Source: an uncultured Candidatus Saccharibacteria bacterium (GTDB lineage: Bacteria; Patescibacteriota; Saccharimonadia; Saccharimonadales; Saccharimonadaceae). From it: a stretch of 64,000 nt of DNA. Made by a program: the position numbers and the translations under genes. Below the pieces are notes generated by a model that saw nothing but the letters and a program-made list of their open reading frames with translations, made no database searches and was not told the DNA's origin. The stretch lies in contig CAUVOY010000004.1 of assembly GCA_963553885.1 (NCBI GenBank), forward strand, positions 1,683 through 65,682, read 5' to 3'. Shown here one piece after another: positions 47,909-60,809 of this stretch; positions within the stretch are counted from its first letter, which is position 1, and every line of letters begins with the position of its first letter.

Positions 47909-48604
47909 TTACTTATTAAAATAATCAGGTAAAACTTTCCCTACTAACACCCCTGCTAGTAGGACCGCGAAACCGCACATAATCGACGGAATGCCAGAAA
48001 TCGTCGACGGATCTACGATATTGACAAACGTTGTCGGCACCATAAACAAGATATAGCCAATCATTAGCGAACACAGAGATCGGCGAATATTTTTTACCGC
48101 AGCTTTACTTTGGATGTAAGCGTATACAATAGCAATAATCAACAAACCATAGTAGTATCCCGCATAAATCGGATAAAATTCATCGCGATTTTCAAAGATT
48201 ACGTAATTGCCTAAGCAAGCGCCAGCTTTTACGCCGTCGGCTTCCAATAAAAAATAACCGACGAATAGTGCTGCCAAAATATAACCTAGAACCGGAATCC
48301 AGCGCCTTTTATCGCCAGAAAGTTGATAAATCAGATGAATACCCAGAGGCGGCAGCATAGTAATCGCCACATAACCGAGCTTCGCCCAGCCTAGGCTATC
48401 AAGAAAAATCGTACCTTCGCAAACATTATACTCAGCCCACTGAAACAGCGCCAAACAGATGAGCAACGCCATAGCAATCCTTGTCACAGTGTTTAACTTA
48501 TAACGCCAAAACGTATAAATTGCCAAAATAATTTCAATCGCCAGCGTTGCCAACATCACTGGTGGCGAAAAGCAGTAAAGTTTCAGCCTCTTAAGTCTAT
48601 CCAT
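47909..48604 (-). CDS. Hypothetical polytopic membrane protein
   Basis: About 7 hydrophobic segments. Confidence 0.75.
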   Translation of the reverse strand: MDRLKRLKLYCFSPPVMLATLAIEIILAIYTFWRYKLNTVTRIAMALLICLALFQWAEYNVCEGTIFLDSLGWAKLGYVAITMLPPLGIHLIYQLSGDKRRWIPVLGYILAALFVGYFLLEADGVKAGACLGNYVIFENRDEFYPIYAGYYYGLLIIAIVYAYIQSKAAVKNIRRSLCSLMIGYILFMVPTTFVNIVDPSTISGIPSIMCGFAVLLAGVLVGKVLPDYFNK

Positions 48605-48631
48605 ATGATGAATTATACACCATTGCGGTGG

Positions 48632-49207
48632 CTAGTCGTTGTCGCGAGCAGTAAACCATTCACCGAATTTCTGCCAATGCTGAAAATGAGCAGGGTTAAT
48701 CTCCGCGCCGTTACGACGGAGTGCAAATTCCTCAGCAATTGTTAACCCGCCGCTATCCTCCATCGACACAACCTGATTCATTGATGTTCCTTCGCCGCGC
48801 GGCTCGTTTATAAACACGCCAGTTTGATCATATATAAACAACTTTAGTTGCTCGCCATCAAAATACGCCACGACGTCATGCAATATAATTCTCCGATCAT
48901 TTTTATCTTTCATCAAAGCCAAAAAATCTTCAGCCGTAAACCAATTAGCAACGTCCTTCATATAACCGCCCGGAAAGCCGCCCAGTGCTGGAATTTCCCA
49001 ACTACTATCGTTAACAACAACCGGCCGGCCCGCTTTTTCATACGCCGCCTTAACTTTCGCTTCGGTAATCTTCAGCGGATCATGATGCTGGATTTCATCA
49101 ATGTCAATTTGTAGCGGCTCAACAACAATCCTATAATCTTTCAGAACCGACCTGGCTTCTTCAAGTTTGTGCGGATTGCCAGTAACAAATGTAATTCGTT
49201 TAGACAT
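48632..49207 (-). CDS. Ham1/ITPase-family non-canonical NTP pyrophosphatase (divergent)
   Basis: FVTGNPHK, DEIQ, ALGGFPG. Confidence 0.85.
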   Translation of the reverse strand: MSKRITFVTGNPHKLEEARSVLKDYRIVVEPLQIDIDEIQHHDPLKITEAKVKAAYEKAGRPVVVNDSSWEIPALGGFPGGYMKDVANWFTAEDFLALMKDKNDRRIILHDVVAYFDGEQLKLFIYDQTGVFINEPRGEGTSMNQVVSMEDSGGLTIAEEFALRRNGAEINPAHFQHWQKFGEWFTARDND

Positions 49208-49227
49208 AAGATTTATTATAGCACCTC

Positions 49228-49782
49228 TTATTTCAGCGTAGCGAGGAATTGATGAACGGCATCAATCGGCTTGAATAAGAGGTACGTCTCGGCATCCTCA
49301 CTCGGCATCAATTCGGCACGAGTTCTACCGCCATAGCCATCCGGGCAAAATATTTTATCCCAGCCAAAACCGCCATCGCCTATGGGATGCTCAGAGATGG
49401 CGCCATGAAGTTCAGCACGAAACAATTTGACCCGCTCGCCGTCGTAGTAGCCAAATACACACGCCGCCACTGCCGATCGATCGCCAAAGCCATCAAGCAT
49501 CCGGCAAAGATTCTCTAAACCGTTCGGCGCCTCCACAAAAAACTTAATAAACGGACCCGGCAGTCCGCCCAACGCTGTAAACTCAAGCGCCACATCCTCA
49601 ACCAAAACCGGACATTTAGCGACTACATACGCCTGACGCACCTTATGTTCAACAACTTCTTCCAGGCTAGTTGATTGAATTTCTGTTAAATCAACCGCTC
49701 TATGTTTCAGCGGTAAGCCCAGCATGCGCGATAAGTAATCTGCCTTGTGCGGATTGCCGGTGATAAAAGTAACCGTCTTCAT
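49228..49782 (-). CDS. Ham1/ITPase-family non-canonical NTP pyrophosphatase
   Basis: FITGNPHK, VED, LGGLPGPFIK, GFGWDKIF. Confidence 0.92.
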   Translation of the reverse strand: MKTVTFITGNPHKADYLSRMLGLPLKHRAVDLTEIQSTSLEEVVEHKVRQAYVVAKCPVLVEDVALEFTALGGLPGPFIKFFVEAPNGLENLCRMLDGFGDRSAVAACVFGYYDGERVKLFRAELHGAISEHPIGDGGFGWDKIFCPDGYGGRTRAELMPSEDAETYLLFKPIDAVHQFLATLK

Positions 49783-49787
49783 CGTGC

Positions 49788-50444
49788 TTACACCTTAATT
49801 TCAGAGTTTATCTTCTGAAATCGTGGCACAGATTTCTCGTCCAGTACTACTGTTTCCGTGAACATACTGGCAGGGCGGGCGAATAATTCGTATTCATTCT
49901 CACAGAGAGGTCTGTAAATCACCAGGAGCTCTTCCGTCTCAGTTTCTAATGCTAGACCGATCACCTCGTATAGTTTGCTTGACTTGCTATGCTTGTACGT
50001 GCCCTTGCTGATTTTTGCGCAACGGCTCCGTTCTTTGCTGTCCGCCGTTTCTTCGCGATACTTCTCTGGCTGAGCACGGAAGATTTTCACCCATTTACTA
50101 TCATCTGCCAAGTCATGATATTTAATGTAATGTCGTTTATCAAAGCCGCCCTTATCCTGCTTTTTACGCGCCATTTCCTCTTGAACTTGCTCTATAGAAA
50201 AGCCAAAATCTTGGCGCAGCGCGTCAACAACTTCCTGCAAATCAGCCAGCTCTTTGAGCGATTCATCGCGCTGATTATCGCCCAGTGGAATTTCGTCCGC
50301 CTCCTCGTGAACTTTGCGGAGCAGCTCGCGGCGAAATTCCTGCTTGTTTAGTTCGCGGTACTCCGTATGTAAAACTTCTTCGTCATCCAGACACTTTTTC
50401 ACGACTTTATCGCGAACTAGTTTTTGTAAATAAAATCGAATCAT
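49788..50444 (-). CDS. All-alpha NTP pyrophosphohydrolase (MazG/HisE-like) fused to a DUF1653-like domain
   Basis: KLVRDK, EEADE, ELADLQEV, KGGF; C-terminal 'GTYKHSK...ETEELLVIYR...FARPASMF...PRF'. Confidence 0.75.
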   Translation of the reverse strand: MIRFYLQKLVRDKVVKKCLDDEEVLHTEYRELNKQEFRRELLRKVHEEADEIPLGDNQRDESLKELADLQEVVDALRQDFGFSIEQVQEEMARKKQDKGGFDKRHYIKYHDLADDSKWVKIFRAQPEKYREETADSKERSRCAKISKGTYKHSKSSKLYEVIGLALETETEELLVIYRPLCENEYELFARPASMFTETVVLDEKSVPRFQKINSEIKV

Positions 50445-50456
50445 AATTACTTCTCC

Positions 50457-53550
<3,094 letters not shown>

Positions 53551-53552
53551 AG

Positions 53553-54428
53553 TTACATCTTTGCGGCGTTATTCCTTAATCTAGTAATCCGATCCTCTAG
53601 TGGCGGGTGGGTGCTAAATAACTTTGAGAAAAAACCAGGCTTCAGCGGATTGTTCATGAACAAATTAGCAGTTGAAGAGCTTTGCTTTCGCATTGGTCTG
53701 CCGTATTGCCGCAACTTCTCCAGCGCGCTTGCCAAACCTTCAGTATCGCGCGTTAATAATACTCCCGAGGCATCCGCCAAATACTCGCGCTGCCGACTAA
53801 CGGCCAGCTGAGTAATTGTAGCCAAAATCGGTGCTAAAATAACCACCACTAGTCCAAGAGCATAGATAATTGGATTGACATCTCTATCGCGATCATCGCT
53901 ATAAAACATCATCCTTAATGCCAAATCTGCGAACAAACCAATTGCGCTCACCAGACCAAAAGCAATCATGCTGACGCGAATATCGTAATTACGCACATGG
54001 CTCATCTCATGTGCCATCACCGCCTCCAGCTCGCGCTTATCCATAATTTCTAACAGTCCAGTAGTCGCACCGACGATAGCGTGCTTTGGGTCGCGTCCTG
54101 TCGCAAAGGCGTTTGGTGCTGGATCGTCAATAATATATACTTTCGGCATGGGCATACCAGAAGTAATCGCCAAATTTTCCACCACCCGCCATAATTCTGG
54201 CGCATCCTTTTTTTCAATTTCCTGCGCGCCGGTCATCGCCATAGCTAATTTACCAGCGATAAAATACTGCAGCCAAGCATATATAATTGAACAGCCAAAA
54301 ACTATTACCGCCAAAGAATAGTTATCAGTTGCCGCGCCGACAAATACGCCGATAACGCCGATAATCGCCACAAACACTGCCATAATTAATACGGTGTTTC
54401 GCTTATTATGAGAAATTGCACTATACAT
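53553..54428 (-). CDS. htpX: M48 zinc metalloprotease HtpX
   Basis: PNAFATG, AHEMSH, SRQREYLAD, STHPP. Confidence 0.94.
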   Translation of the reverse strand: MYSAISHNKRNTVLIMAVFVAIIGVIGVFVGAATDNYSLAVIVFGCSIIYAWLQYFIAGKLAMAMTGAQEIEKKDAPELWRVVENLAITSGMPMPKVYIIDDPAPNAFATGRDPKHAIVGATTGLLEIMDKRELEAVMAHEMSHVRNYDIRVSMIAFGLVSAIGLFADLALRMMFYSDDRDRDVNPIIYALGLVVVILAPILATITQLAVSRQREYLADASGVLLTRDTEGLASALEKLRQYGRPMRKQSSSTANLFMNNPLKPGFFSKLFSTHPPLEDRITRLRNNAAKM

Positions 54429-54499
54429 GTACTCATTATACCAAAAACCGCCCGCCGAAAACAGGCGAGCGGCTTAGTTAATACAAAGATTGTCCTACT

Positions 54500-55069
54500 T
54501 TAGAATTTTACCTCAACTGGATTTTCAACGCTTGCTCGATCGGCAACTTCAAAGAATTCCTTAGCCTGGAAACTAAACATGCCAGCGACAATATTTGCCG
54601 GGAATGTTTGAATCTTCGTATTCAAATCGCGGACACCGCCATTATAGAATCGGCGCGACGCCTGGATCTTATCCTCAGTATCGACTAACTCTTGCTGCAG
54701 TTGTAAGAAGTTCTCATTAGCCTTCAATTCTGGATATGCCTCAGCGACAGCGAATAAGCTTTTTAGCGCACCTTCCAGCATATTCTCTGCCTGAGCAGTA
54801 TCAGCCACGCCTTTGGCATCCATAATAGCCGAGCGCGCCTCAGTCACTTTTTCAAATACTTCTTTTTCATGCGTAGCATATCCCTTAACCGAGTTGACTA
54901 AGTTTGGAATCAAGTCAGTCCGGCGCTTGAGTTGCACAGTGATATCGCTCCACGCTTCCTCTACGCGGTTGCGCAGCGTTACTAAACTATTATATGTGCC
55001 GATAAAGAATCCTATCACCAGCAAGATGATGACACCGATTACTACTATTAATGTTATTGCTAGCCCCAT
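54500..55069 (-). CDS. lemA: LemA family protein
   Basis: [21 protein letters not shown]. Confidence 0.95.
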   Translation of the reverse strand: MGLAITLIVVIGVIILLVIGFFIGTYNSLVTLRNRVEEAWSDITVQLKRRTDLIPNLVNSVKGYATHEKEVFEKVTEARSAIMDAKGVADTAQAENMLEGALKSLFAVAEAYPELKANENFLQLQQELVDTEDKIQASRRFYNGGVRDLNTKIQTFPANIVAGMFSFQAKEFFEVADRASVENPVEVKF

Positions 55070-55117
55070 TGACAAATCTCCTTATGGTTTACATATTCAT
55101 TATACTACGTACATTTT

Positions 55118-55203
55118 TGGTGCGCAAGGCGGGAATCGAACCCGCACGACTTTTGGTCAAGGGATTTTAAGTCCCTCGCGTCTACCAATTCCGCCACTCG
55201 CGC
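55118..55203 (-). tRNA. tRNA-Leu(TAA)
   Basis: GCGCGAGTGGCGGAATTGGTAGACGCGAGGGACTTAAAATCCCT, long variable arm, CCA. Confidence 0.96.
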
Positions 55204-55263
55204 TGATTTTTATTTACACGCCAGAATTTTACCAACCAGCGCTGCTTGTATTATACTATATTT

Positions 55264-55851
55264 ATGAAGCAAATTGTAATAATTCACGGCGGGTCAAGTT
55301 TTAATAGTTATGAAAATTACTTGGATAGTCTAAAAAATAGCCCTCTCCATTACGAACGATTGCTTTGGGCGCAAAAATGGCGCGAATGGCTGGCGCAAAC
55401 CACAACTGGCTACGATGTATTACTGCCAAATTTCCCAAACAAACAGAATGCGCAGTACGAAGAATGGAAAATATATTTCGAAAAATTATTGCCGCTACTC
55501 GACAGCGACGTTCAGTTGGTTGGCTATAGCCTGGGCGCAATGTTTTTGGCGAAATATTTACACGAATCACCACTTGGTTCGCCAGTCCGACGGCTGGTAT
55601 TAGTGTCGCCGTGCTATGACGACGAATCAGTTGAAGATTTAGGCAGTTTTCGAGTAACGAGTGCTACTGGTTTAGAAAAATCAGCAAGGGAAATTCATTT
55701 ATTTCACAGCAAAGACGACCCGGTGGTGCCCTTTACTGAACTTGCCAAATTTCAGCGTGATTTACCGACCTCCAAGGTGCATATTTTTAAAGACCGCAAC
55801 CACTTTTTCCAACCAACTTTTCCAGAATTGAAAGAACTGCTTGAAAAATAA
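55264..55851 (+). CDS. YdeN/RBBP9-like alpha/beta hydrolase
   Basis: IIHGG, GYSLG, SKDDPVVP, HF. Confidence 0.85.
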   Translation: MKQIVIIHGGSSFNSYENYLDSLKNSPLHYERLLWAQKWREWLAQTTTGYDVLLPNFPNKQNAQYEEWKIYFEKLLPLLDSDVQLVGYSLGAMFLAKYLHESPLGSPVRRLVLVSPCYDDESVEDLGSFRVTSATGLEKSAREIHLFHSKDDPVVPFTELAKFQRDLPTSKVHIFKDRNHFFQPTFPELKELLEK

Positions 55852-55887
55852 TAAAAACGCCCAATACCCAGGCGTTTCATATTCACT

Positions 55888-55961
55888 TGGAGGCACGTAC
55901 GAGAGTCGAACTCGTCTAAAAGGTTTTGCAGACCTCTGCGTAACCGCTCCGCCAACGCGCC
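55888..55961 (-). tRNA. tRNA-Cys(GCA)
   Basis: GGCGCGTTGGCGGAGCGGTTACGCAGAGGTCTGCAAAACCTT...TCCA. Confidence 0.95.
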
Positions 55962-55981
55962 ACTTCACTCATTATATCAAA

Positions 55982-57781
55982 TTACAGCTGCTCTTTGAAC
56001 ATCTCGTAAAATTCGCCGCATTTAGCAATCAACTCGCTGCACGCTCCCTGCTCGACAATTCGACCATCTTTCATAAAGTAAATCACATCAGCTTTTTTCA
56101 CCGTACTCAAGCGATGACTGATAGCAATGATGGTTTTGTCTTTTTGCTTAAACAAGTGGCGAAAAATTCGCGCCTCAGCTGCCGCATCAACAGCACTAGT
56201 CGGTTCGTCCAAAATAACGATTGGCGCATCGCGGTAAAAATTGCGCGCCAACGCCAGCCGCTGCCATTGCCCGCCCGACAAGTCCACACCCTTGTCATCA
56301 CTATCATCCGTCATCCATTTGTCAACATAGCTATCCCCGTCCTTTGGTAATTTCTTCACAAAATTATCAGCCTCTGCCTGCTTCAGTGCAGTCGTCAGCC
56401 TCTCTCGATCAAGCTCACGAGAGACATCACCGTACCACACATTTTCATAAGCCGTCGCAAAATCATAGCGAATGAAGCTTTGGCTCAGCACAGCCAATTG
56501 CTGGTGCCAAGTAGTCGCGTCCACCTCATTGATATCCTGTCCGTCAATCAAAATCTCTCCACCAGTCGGCTGATACAGCCCCGTCAATAATTTCACCAGC
56601 GTGGTTTTGCCTGCGCCGTTCTCACCGACAATCGCCACATGCTGGCCGCGCTTAATATCCAGCGACAAACCTTTGAGCACTAAAGTTTCGCTGCCTGGAT
56701 AATGAAATTTGACATTACTCACCGTAATTGATTTGTCCATGCTAAGCGGCAGGCTTGGCTTGGTATCAGCTAACGGCAATTCCATGAACCGCTGATAATC
56801 GACCATATTTGCCACTTCCTCGTCAATAGAATTATAGGTCGAAATCAAGCTATCAACGCTACTAAGTACCCGGCTCACCATTTGCTGTACTAAAACGAAC
56901 TGGCCGATTGGCTGGCGATGAGCAATAATTTCCAGTGTCACCCACACCAGCGCCGCTACTTCCGCAACTGCCTGTAGCGCCTCGCCGCCAAATCGCTTAG
57001 CCATAAAACTGCGCTCATACTTAATCATCTGCAGCTGATCTTTATCTCGCAGGGCAGCCCTCTCTGCCAGCAAATGCTTGATAACACCGTACAGTCTCAA
57101 CTCGGCAATATCTTCAGGTTTGCTAATCGCGTATTCAATCCACCACATGCGCCGCCTGATATTAGTATTTTTGCGCCAATAATTTGACGTCAAACGAGAC
57201 AGACGAAATTGAATAATGCCGCTGGGGACAATAGCCACAATCAATAGTAGCCCCAACCACCAACCAACTGATGAAATAATCCATAACCCAACTACCAACG
57301 AAACGATATTTGTAGCGATGTTAGTCAGCCGCGAAAATAGATACGAGAATGAACTGGCAAAACGTCTTGCCCGATCAAACATATCGATCGTCGCTGGATC
57401 ATCATAACGCCAAAAATCCAATCCGTGCAGCCGCGTGAACATCTGATCATTGATGCTCGATTCCAATTGGTAGCGCATCAATTGCTCAAAATATGCCTGC
57501 ACAATTCCCCAAAAGCTCATGATCACACCAAGTATCACTGTAATAACCACGTAAGCAAACAACTGCCGCGGATCACCGCCAGTATATGCCTCGGCTAGCG
57601 CAGTCGTTGTCAGTGCTGCAAAATACGTCGTCGCGAGCGGCAATGACGCCGTCAGTATCGCGCCAACTGCCTGAATAAAAATAGCGCGCGGTGATGTCCG
57701 CCAAATTGTTACCATAACATTAACCAGCGTTTTAACAATCTGACGGGCTTGAGGCTTATCATTTTCTGACGAATTTGTCAT
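55982..57781 (-). CDS. ABC exporter, fused permease/ATPase
   Basis: GENGAGKT, LSGGQWQR, DEPTSA. Confidence 0.93.
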   Translation of the reverse strand: MTNSSENDKPQARQIVKTLVNVMVTIWRTSPRAIFIQAVGAILTASLPLATTYFAALTTTALAEAYTGGDPRQLFAYVVITVILGVIMSFWGIVQAYFEQLMRYQLESSINDQMFTRLHGLDFWRYDDPATIDMFDRARRFASSFSYLFSRLTNIATNIVSLVVGLWIISSVGWWLGLLLIVAIVPSGIIQFRLSRLTSNYWRKNTNIRRRMWWIEYAISKPEDIAELRLYGVIKHLLAERAALRDKDQLQMIKYERSFMAKRFGGEALQAVAEVAALVWVTLEIIAHRQPIGQFVLVQQMVSRVLSSVDSLISTYNSIDEEVANMVDYQRFMELPLADTKPSLPLSMDKSITVSNVKFHYPGSETLVLKGLSLDIKRGQHVAIVGENGAGKTTLVKLLTGLYQPTGGEILIDGQDINEVDATTWHQQLAVLSQSFIRYDFATAYENVWYGDVSRELDRERLTTALKQAEADNFVKKLPKDGDSYVDKWMTDDSDDKGVDLSGGQWQRLALARNFYRDAPIVILDEPTSAVDAAAEARIFRHLFKQKDKTIIAISHRLSTVKKADVIYFMKDGRIVEQGACSELIAKCGEFYEMFKEQL

Positions 57782-57806
57782 GGTAAAAAATCAAAATAAT
57801 TCTGTT

Positions 57807-57894
57807 TGGTGCGAGCGAGAAGACTTGAACTTCCACGAGCGCAATGCTCACTAGCCCCTCAAGCTAGCGCGTCTACCAATTCCGCCACGCCCGC
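57807..57894 (-). tRNA. tRNA-Leu(GAG)
   Basis: GCGGGCGTGGCGGAATTGGTAGACGCGCTAGCTTGAGGGGCTAG...CCA. Confidence 0.95.
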
Positions 57895-57980
57895 ACGATA
57901 AGCACACAATCTACAAATACCGCCTGTCTTTTGACTTCAGAAAACGATACGTCTGTGCTTGCTAGTCATTATACTTTAAT

Positions 57981-59771
57981 TTACGGCGTTTTGTAAACCT
58001 GAGTTTTATTTACCGACCAATATGTGACATCCGTATATCTATCTACCGCGCTAACCAAACTGGCATCCTCCGCCAAAGCCTTAACCGAATTCAAATGAAT
58101 ATAATTAATTTTCGTCTGGTATAACGCAATTGCCGGGATGTCTTGCTGCCAAATTGAAGTAAATTTACCATACCTATCCATGCGCTGTCTCTTGGATAGC
58201 TTTGAGCGTCCGCTTGCCAGAGCATCGTCTGCCACTGCATTATTATAGTTTGAAAAATTCAGTCCGCCGCTAGTAGCCTGAGACGAGTGCCAATAAGCAT
58301 ATACGTCCGGATCGCCCCCCATAGCTAATTCATAAATTAAAACATCAAAATTACGGGGCAGCAACACATTCTGAAGAATGCTCTGCGAGACATCATTAAC
58401 ATCAACGATTTTTACATCAGTAGCAATATTTAATTCCTTTTGCCATACCTCCGCCAACTTTTTCGCAAGTTTTTCATAATTTTCATTTTTTGGCGCAACA
58501 ATATTCAACGTTAATTTCTGATTGTCTTTTTGTCTAACACCACCTATAACCTTCCATCCCGCAGCGTCCAATAGTCCCCTGGCTTCTTTAACGCTATAGC
58601 TTTTGGGTTTCACCTTTTCATCCAAAAGATTATTAAGCACTGGCCCGTTCATTTCTTCAGTTTCAGATGACAACAACTTTCGCAATTCTGGCACATTAAC
58701 GCTCAAAGCTAACGCCTGACGTACTGGCTTTGACTGCAAGTACTGGCTCGTCGAATTAAATAGTGCGTACACGCCATTATTTATAGTATGCGGCTCTGAA
58801 GAGTACGTATTTTTTATCTCATCTGATTGATTATTATACACAAGCTCCGGCGTTCCAGTTATTTCGCGCGTACGCAGGCTTTTTACAATGTCGTTTTGTG
58901 ATGGATAAACATACAACTGGAATCTTTCCAATTTTGGTGTACCGCCATAATAATTGTCGTTCGCGACAGTATATAAAATTTTCTTACTACCATCCGATGT
59001 AACATTCTGCAGCATCCTAAAAGCAAATGGTCCGCTCGTCACTGGCGATTTACCAAACGGATGTTCACGTAACTCCGAAGTTTTTACATCTCTCAGAATA
59101 TGCTCAGGCAATACTGGAAAAGTTAAGGCGTGCACAAATGGAGCATACGATGAAGGCAAAATAAATTTAACAGTAAGTTCGTCAATCTTCTCAAACTTTA
59201 TTGACTGCCAACCAGAAATCTCCGCTCTAGTCTCTGGGCTCGCCAACAACCTCAAAGTAAATAATACATCCGCAGCTGTTATATTCTTGCCGTCAGACCA
59301 TCTCAAATCTTTTCTTAACTTAACTATATATTCAGTCTCCTTCTGATTGACTGTCATGCTTTCGGCTAAGTCGCTTTTTATATTTCCAGTCGTGTCGTAT
59401 TTATACAAACCAGCAAACAGAAGCTTTGCAGCAGAGCGTTCAGCGCTTGTCTTGGCAAATATCGGATTTAAGGTCTCTAACGGTCCGAGAACGCCATCAG
59501 AATACGAGCCGCCGGAAGTATACGTCGTAATCATATAAGCATCTTTGGACGCAGCCCATTGCGCTGCACTGGCGCCAATCATCAACATTACTAAAATGAT
59601 CCAACCAGACACGTTACGCCGCACGCTAGATAATCTATCTAACCGCGAAGTCACAAACTTACGAGCATGCCGCAAACTGCCCCGCTCTAGTTTTTGCAAA
59701 CGTTTATTAACGACTTTACTGGAAAACTTCAGCCGAGTAAACCGATTCCAAGAAGACCCCCCCGAACTCAA
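57981..59771 (-). CDS. Peptide/nickel ABC substrate-binding protein (family 5)
   Basis: LNP, DLAES, WSDG..ITAADVLFT, SGPF. Confidence 0.88.
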   Translation of the reverse strand: MSSGGSSWNRFTRLKFSSKVVNKRLQKLERGSLRHARKFVTSRLDRLSSVRRNVSGWIILVMLMIGASAAQWAASKDAYMITTYTSGGSYSDGVLGPLETLNPIFAKTSAERSAAKLLFAGLYKYDTTGNIKSDLAESMTVNQKETEYIVKLRKDLRWSDGKNITAADVLFTLRLLASPETRAEISGWQSIKFEKIDELTVKFILPSSYAPFVHALTFPVLPEHILRDVKTSELREHPFGKSPVTSGPFAFRMLQNVTSDGSKKILYTVANDNYYGGTPKLERFQLYVYPSQNDIVKSLRTREITGTPELVYNNQSDEIKNTYSSEPHTINNGVYALFNSTSQYLQSKPVRQALALSVNVPELRKLLSSETEEMNGPVLNNLLDEKVKPKSYSVKEARGLLDAAGWKVIGGVRQKDNQKLTLNIVAPKNENYEKLAKKLAEVWQKELNIATDVKIVDVNDVSQSILQNVLLPRNFDVLIYELAMGGDPDVYAYWHSSQATSGGLNFSNYNNAVADDALASGRSKLSKRQRMDRYGKFTSIWQQDIPAIALYQTKINYIHLNSVKALAEDASLVSAVDRYTDVTYWSVNKTQVYKTP

Positions 59772-59781
59772 AACTATTCTC

Positions 59782-60018
59782 CTATTTTTGTAGTCCCGGC
59801 AAAATCATACTTGCTAGAATAGACAACACAAAAATAACTGCAAAGATAATCGTTACATCAAATAAGTTCTTATCAAAACCGCGTCGCGTTGTAAATAATT
59901 CTCCAGATGCGCCGAAACCAGCACCCAAACTAGCCCCGCGCTGCTGCAATAAAATTGCCGCGATCATTAAAGCCGCCGAACCCAGTGTAATATACGGTAA
60001 AATTGTATCTATTGCCAT
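59782..60018 (-). CDS. secG: Preprotein translocase SecG
   Basis: ILLQQRGASLGAGFG...RRG. Confidence 0.9.
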   Translation of the reverse strand: MAIDTILPYITLGSAALMIAAILLQQRGASLGAGFGASGELFTTRRGFDKNLFDVTIIFAVIFVLSILASMILPGLQK

Positions 60019-60027
60019 AATAACTAA

Positions 60028-60399
60028 TTACTCCTCTTCCCGCTGCAAAACCAGCGCGCTACTTATTATATAGTTTACCAGACTAAGTATAATTCCAGCA
60101 AGAATTGAGTTAGCAAACGTCATGGAAAGTCCCGGCGCAATCGCTAACGAAATATAGACCATCAGACCGTTAACAACCAAAGTAAATAAGCCTAGCGTTA
60201 ACAAAATCGCTGGCAAGGCAAGAATGGTAATAACTGGCTTTAAAATAGTATTTACCAACGAAAAAATCAACCCTGCCAACATAAAAGTCCAGACTGATGT
60301 CAATCCCGAGATCTCACTACCGAACAGTCGAACTGCCACCCAAATACCCACTGAATTTAAGATCCAACGCAGTAAAAAAGTTGCTGATTGCCTCTTCAT
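60028..60399 (-). CDS. 4-TM 'phage holin family' (YvlD-like) membrane protein
   Basis: NTILKPVITILALP...TLGLFTLVVN. Confidence 0.85.
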   Translation of the reverse strand: MKRQSATFLLRWILNSVGIWVAVRLFGSEISGLTSVWTFMLAGLIFSLVNTILKPVITILALPAILLTLGLFTLVVNGLMVYISLAIAPGLSMTFANSILAGIILSLVNYIISSALVLQREEE

Positions 60400-60440
60400 A
60401 TCACCGTCTATTATACTACAAAATGAAAACTTCCACTACT

Positions 60441-60788
60441 CTATGGAGTTGTTGGACAAGAGGCTCTTTCGGCCTTGCCTTCCGTACTGAGCCAGCGCAT
60501 TTTAATATTACTCTTCTCGGCTTCTATGCAGAATTTTGAAGAATTTGCCCATTTCACAGATATACCAGTACTACCCCTATAAGATTTTGGTATAGTTGTT
60601 GGATAGGTATTATTGAAATTTAATTCCTGTTTCATGGCGCTGGCCGCTGAACTTAAATCTGATGATAGCGCCGTTTCAATAGTACTTGACCGCCAAGATG
60701 CATAGCCAAATATAGCAATACCCGCCAAAATAGCAATCACTACAATGACTATCATCAACTCAACAATAGTAAATCCATTCTTTTTCAT
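60441..60788 (-). CDS. Type IV pilin-like protein
   Basis: Prepilin motif KKNG|FTIVELMIVIVVIAILA; C-terminal Cys pair. Confidence 0.9.
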   Translation of the reverse strand: MKKNGFTIVELMIVIVVIAILAGIAIFGYASWRSSTIETALSSDLSSAASAMKQELNFNNTYPTTIPKSYRGSTGISVKWANSSKFCIEAEKSNIKMRWLSTEGKAERASCPTTP

Positions 60789-60809
60789 GTCTTCACTATA
60801 TCACATCGC

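Noticed and set aside
55118..57894. Three tRNAs interleaved with single genes as possible integration sites
   Set aside because: No integrase and no duplicated tRNA 3' ends seen; the two tRNA-Leu genes are complete and distinct.
60028..60399. 'Phage holin' as a sign of a prophage
   Set aside because: This 4-TM family is a common chromosomal gene; no phage structural or integrase genes in the window.
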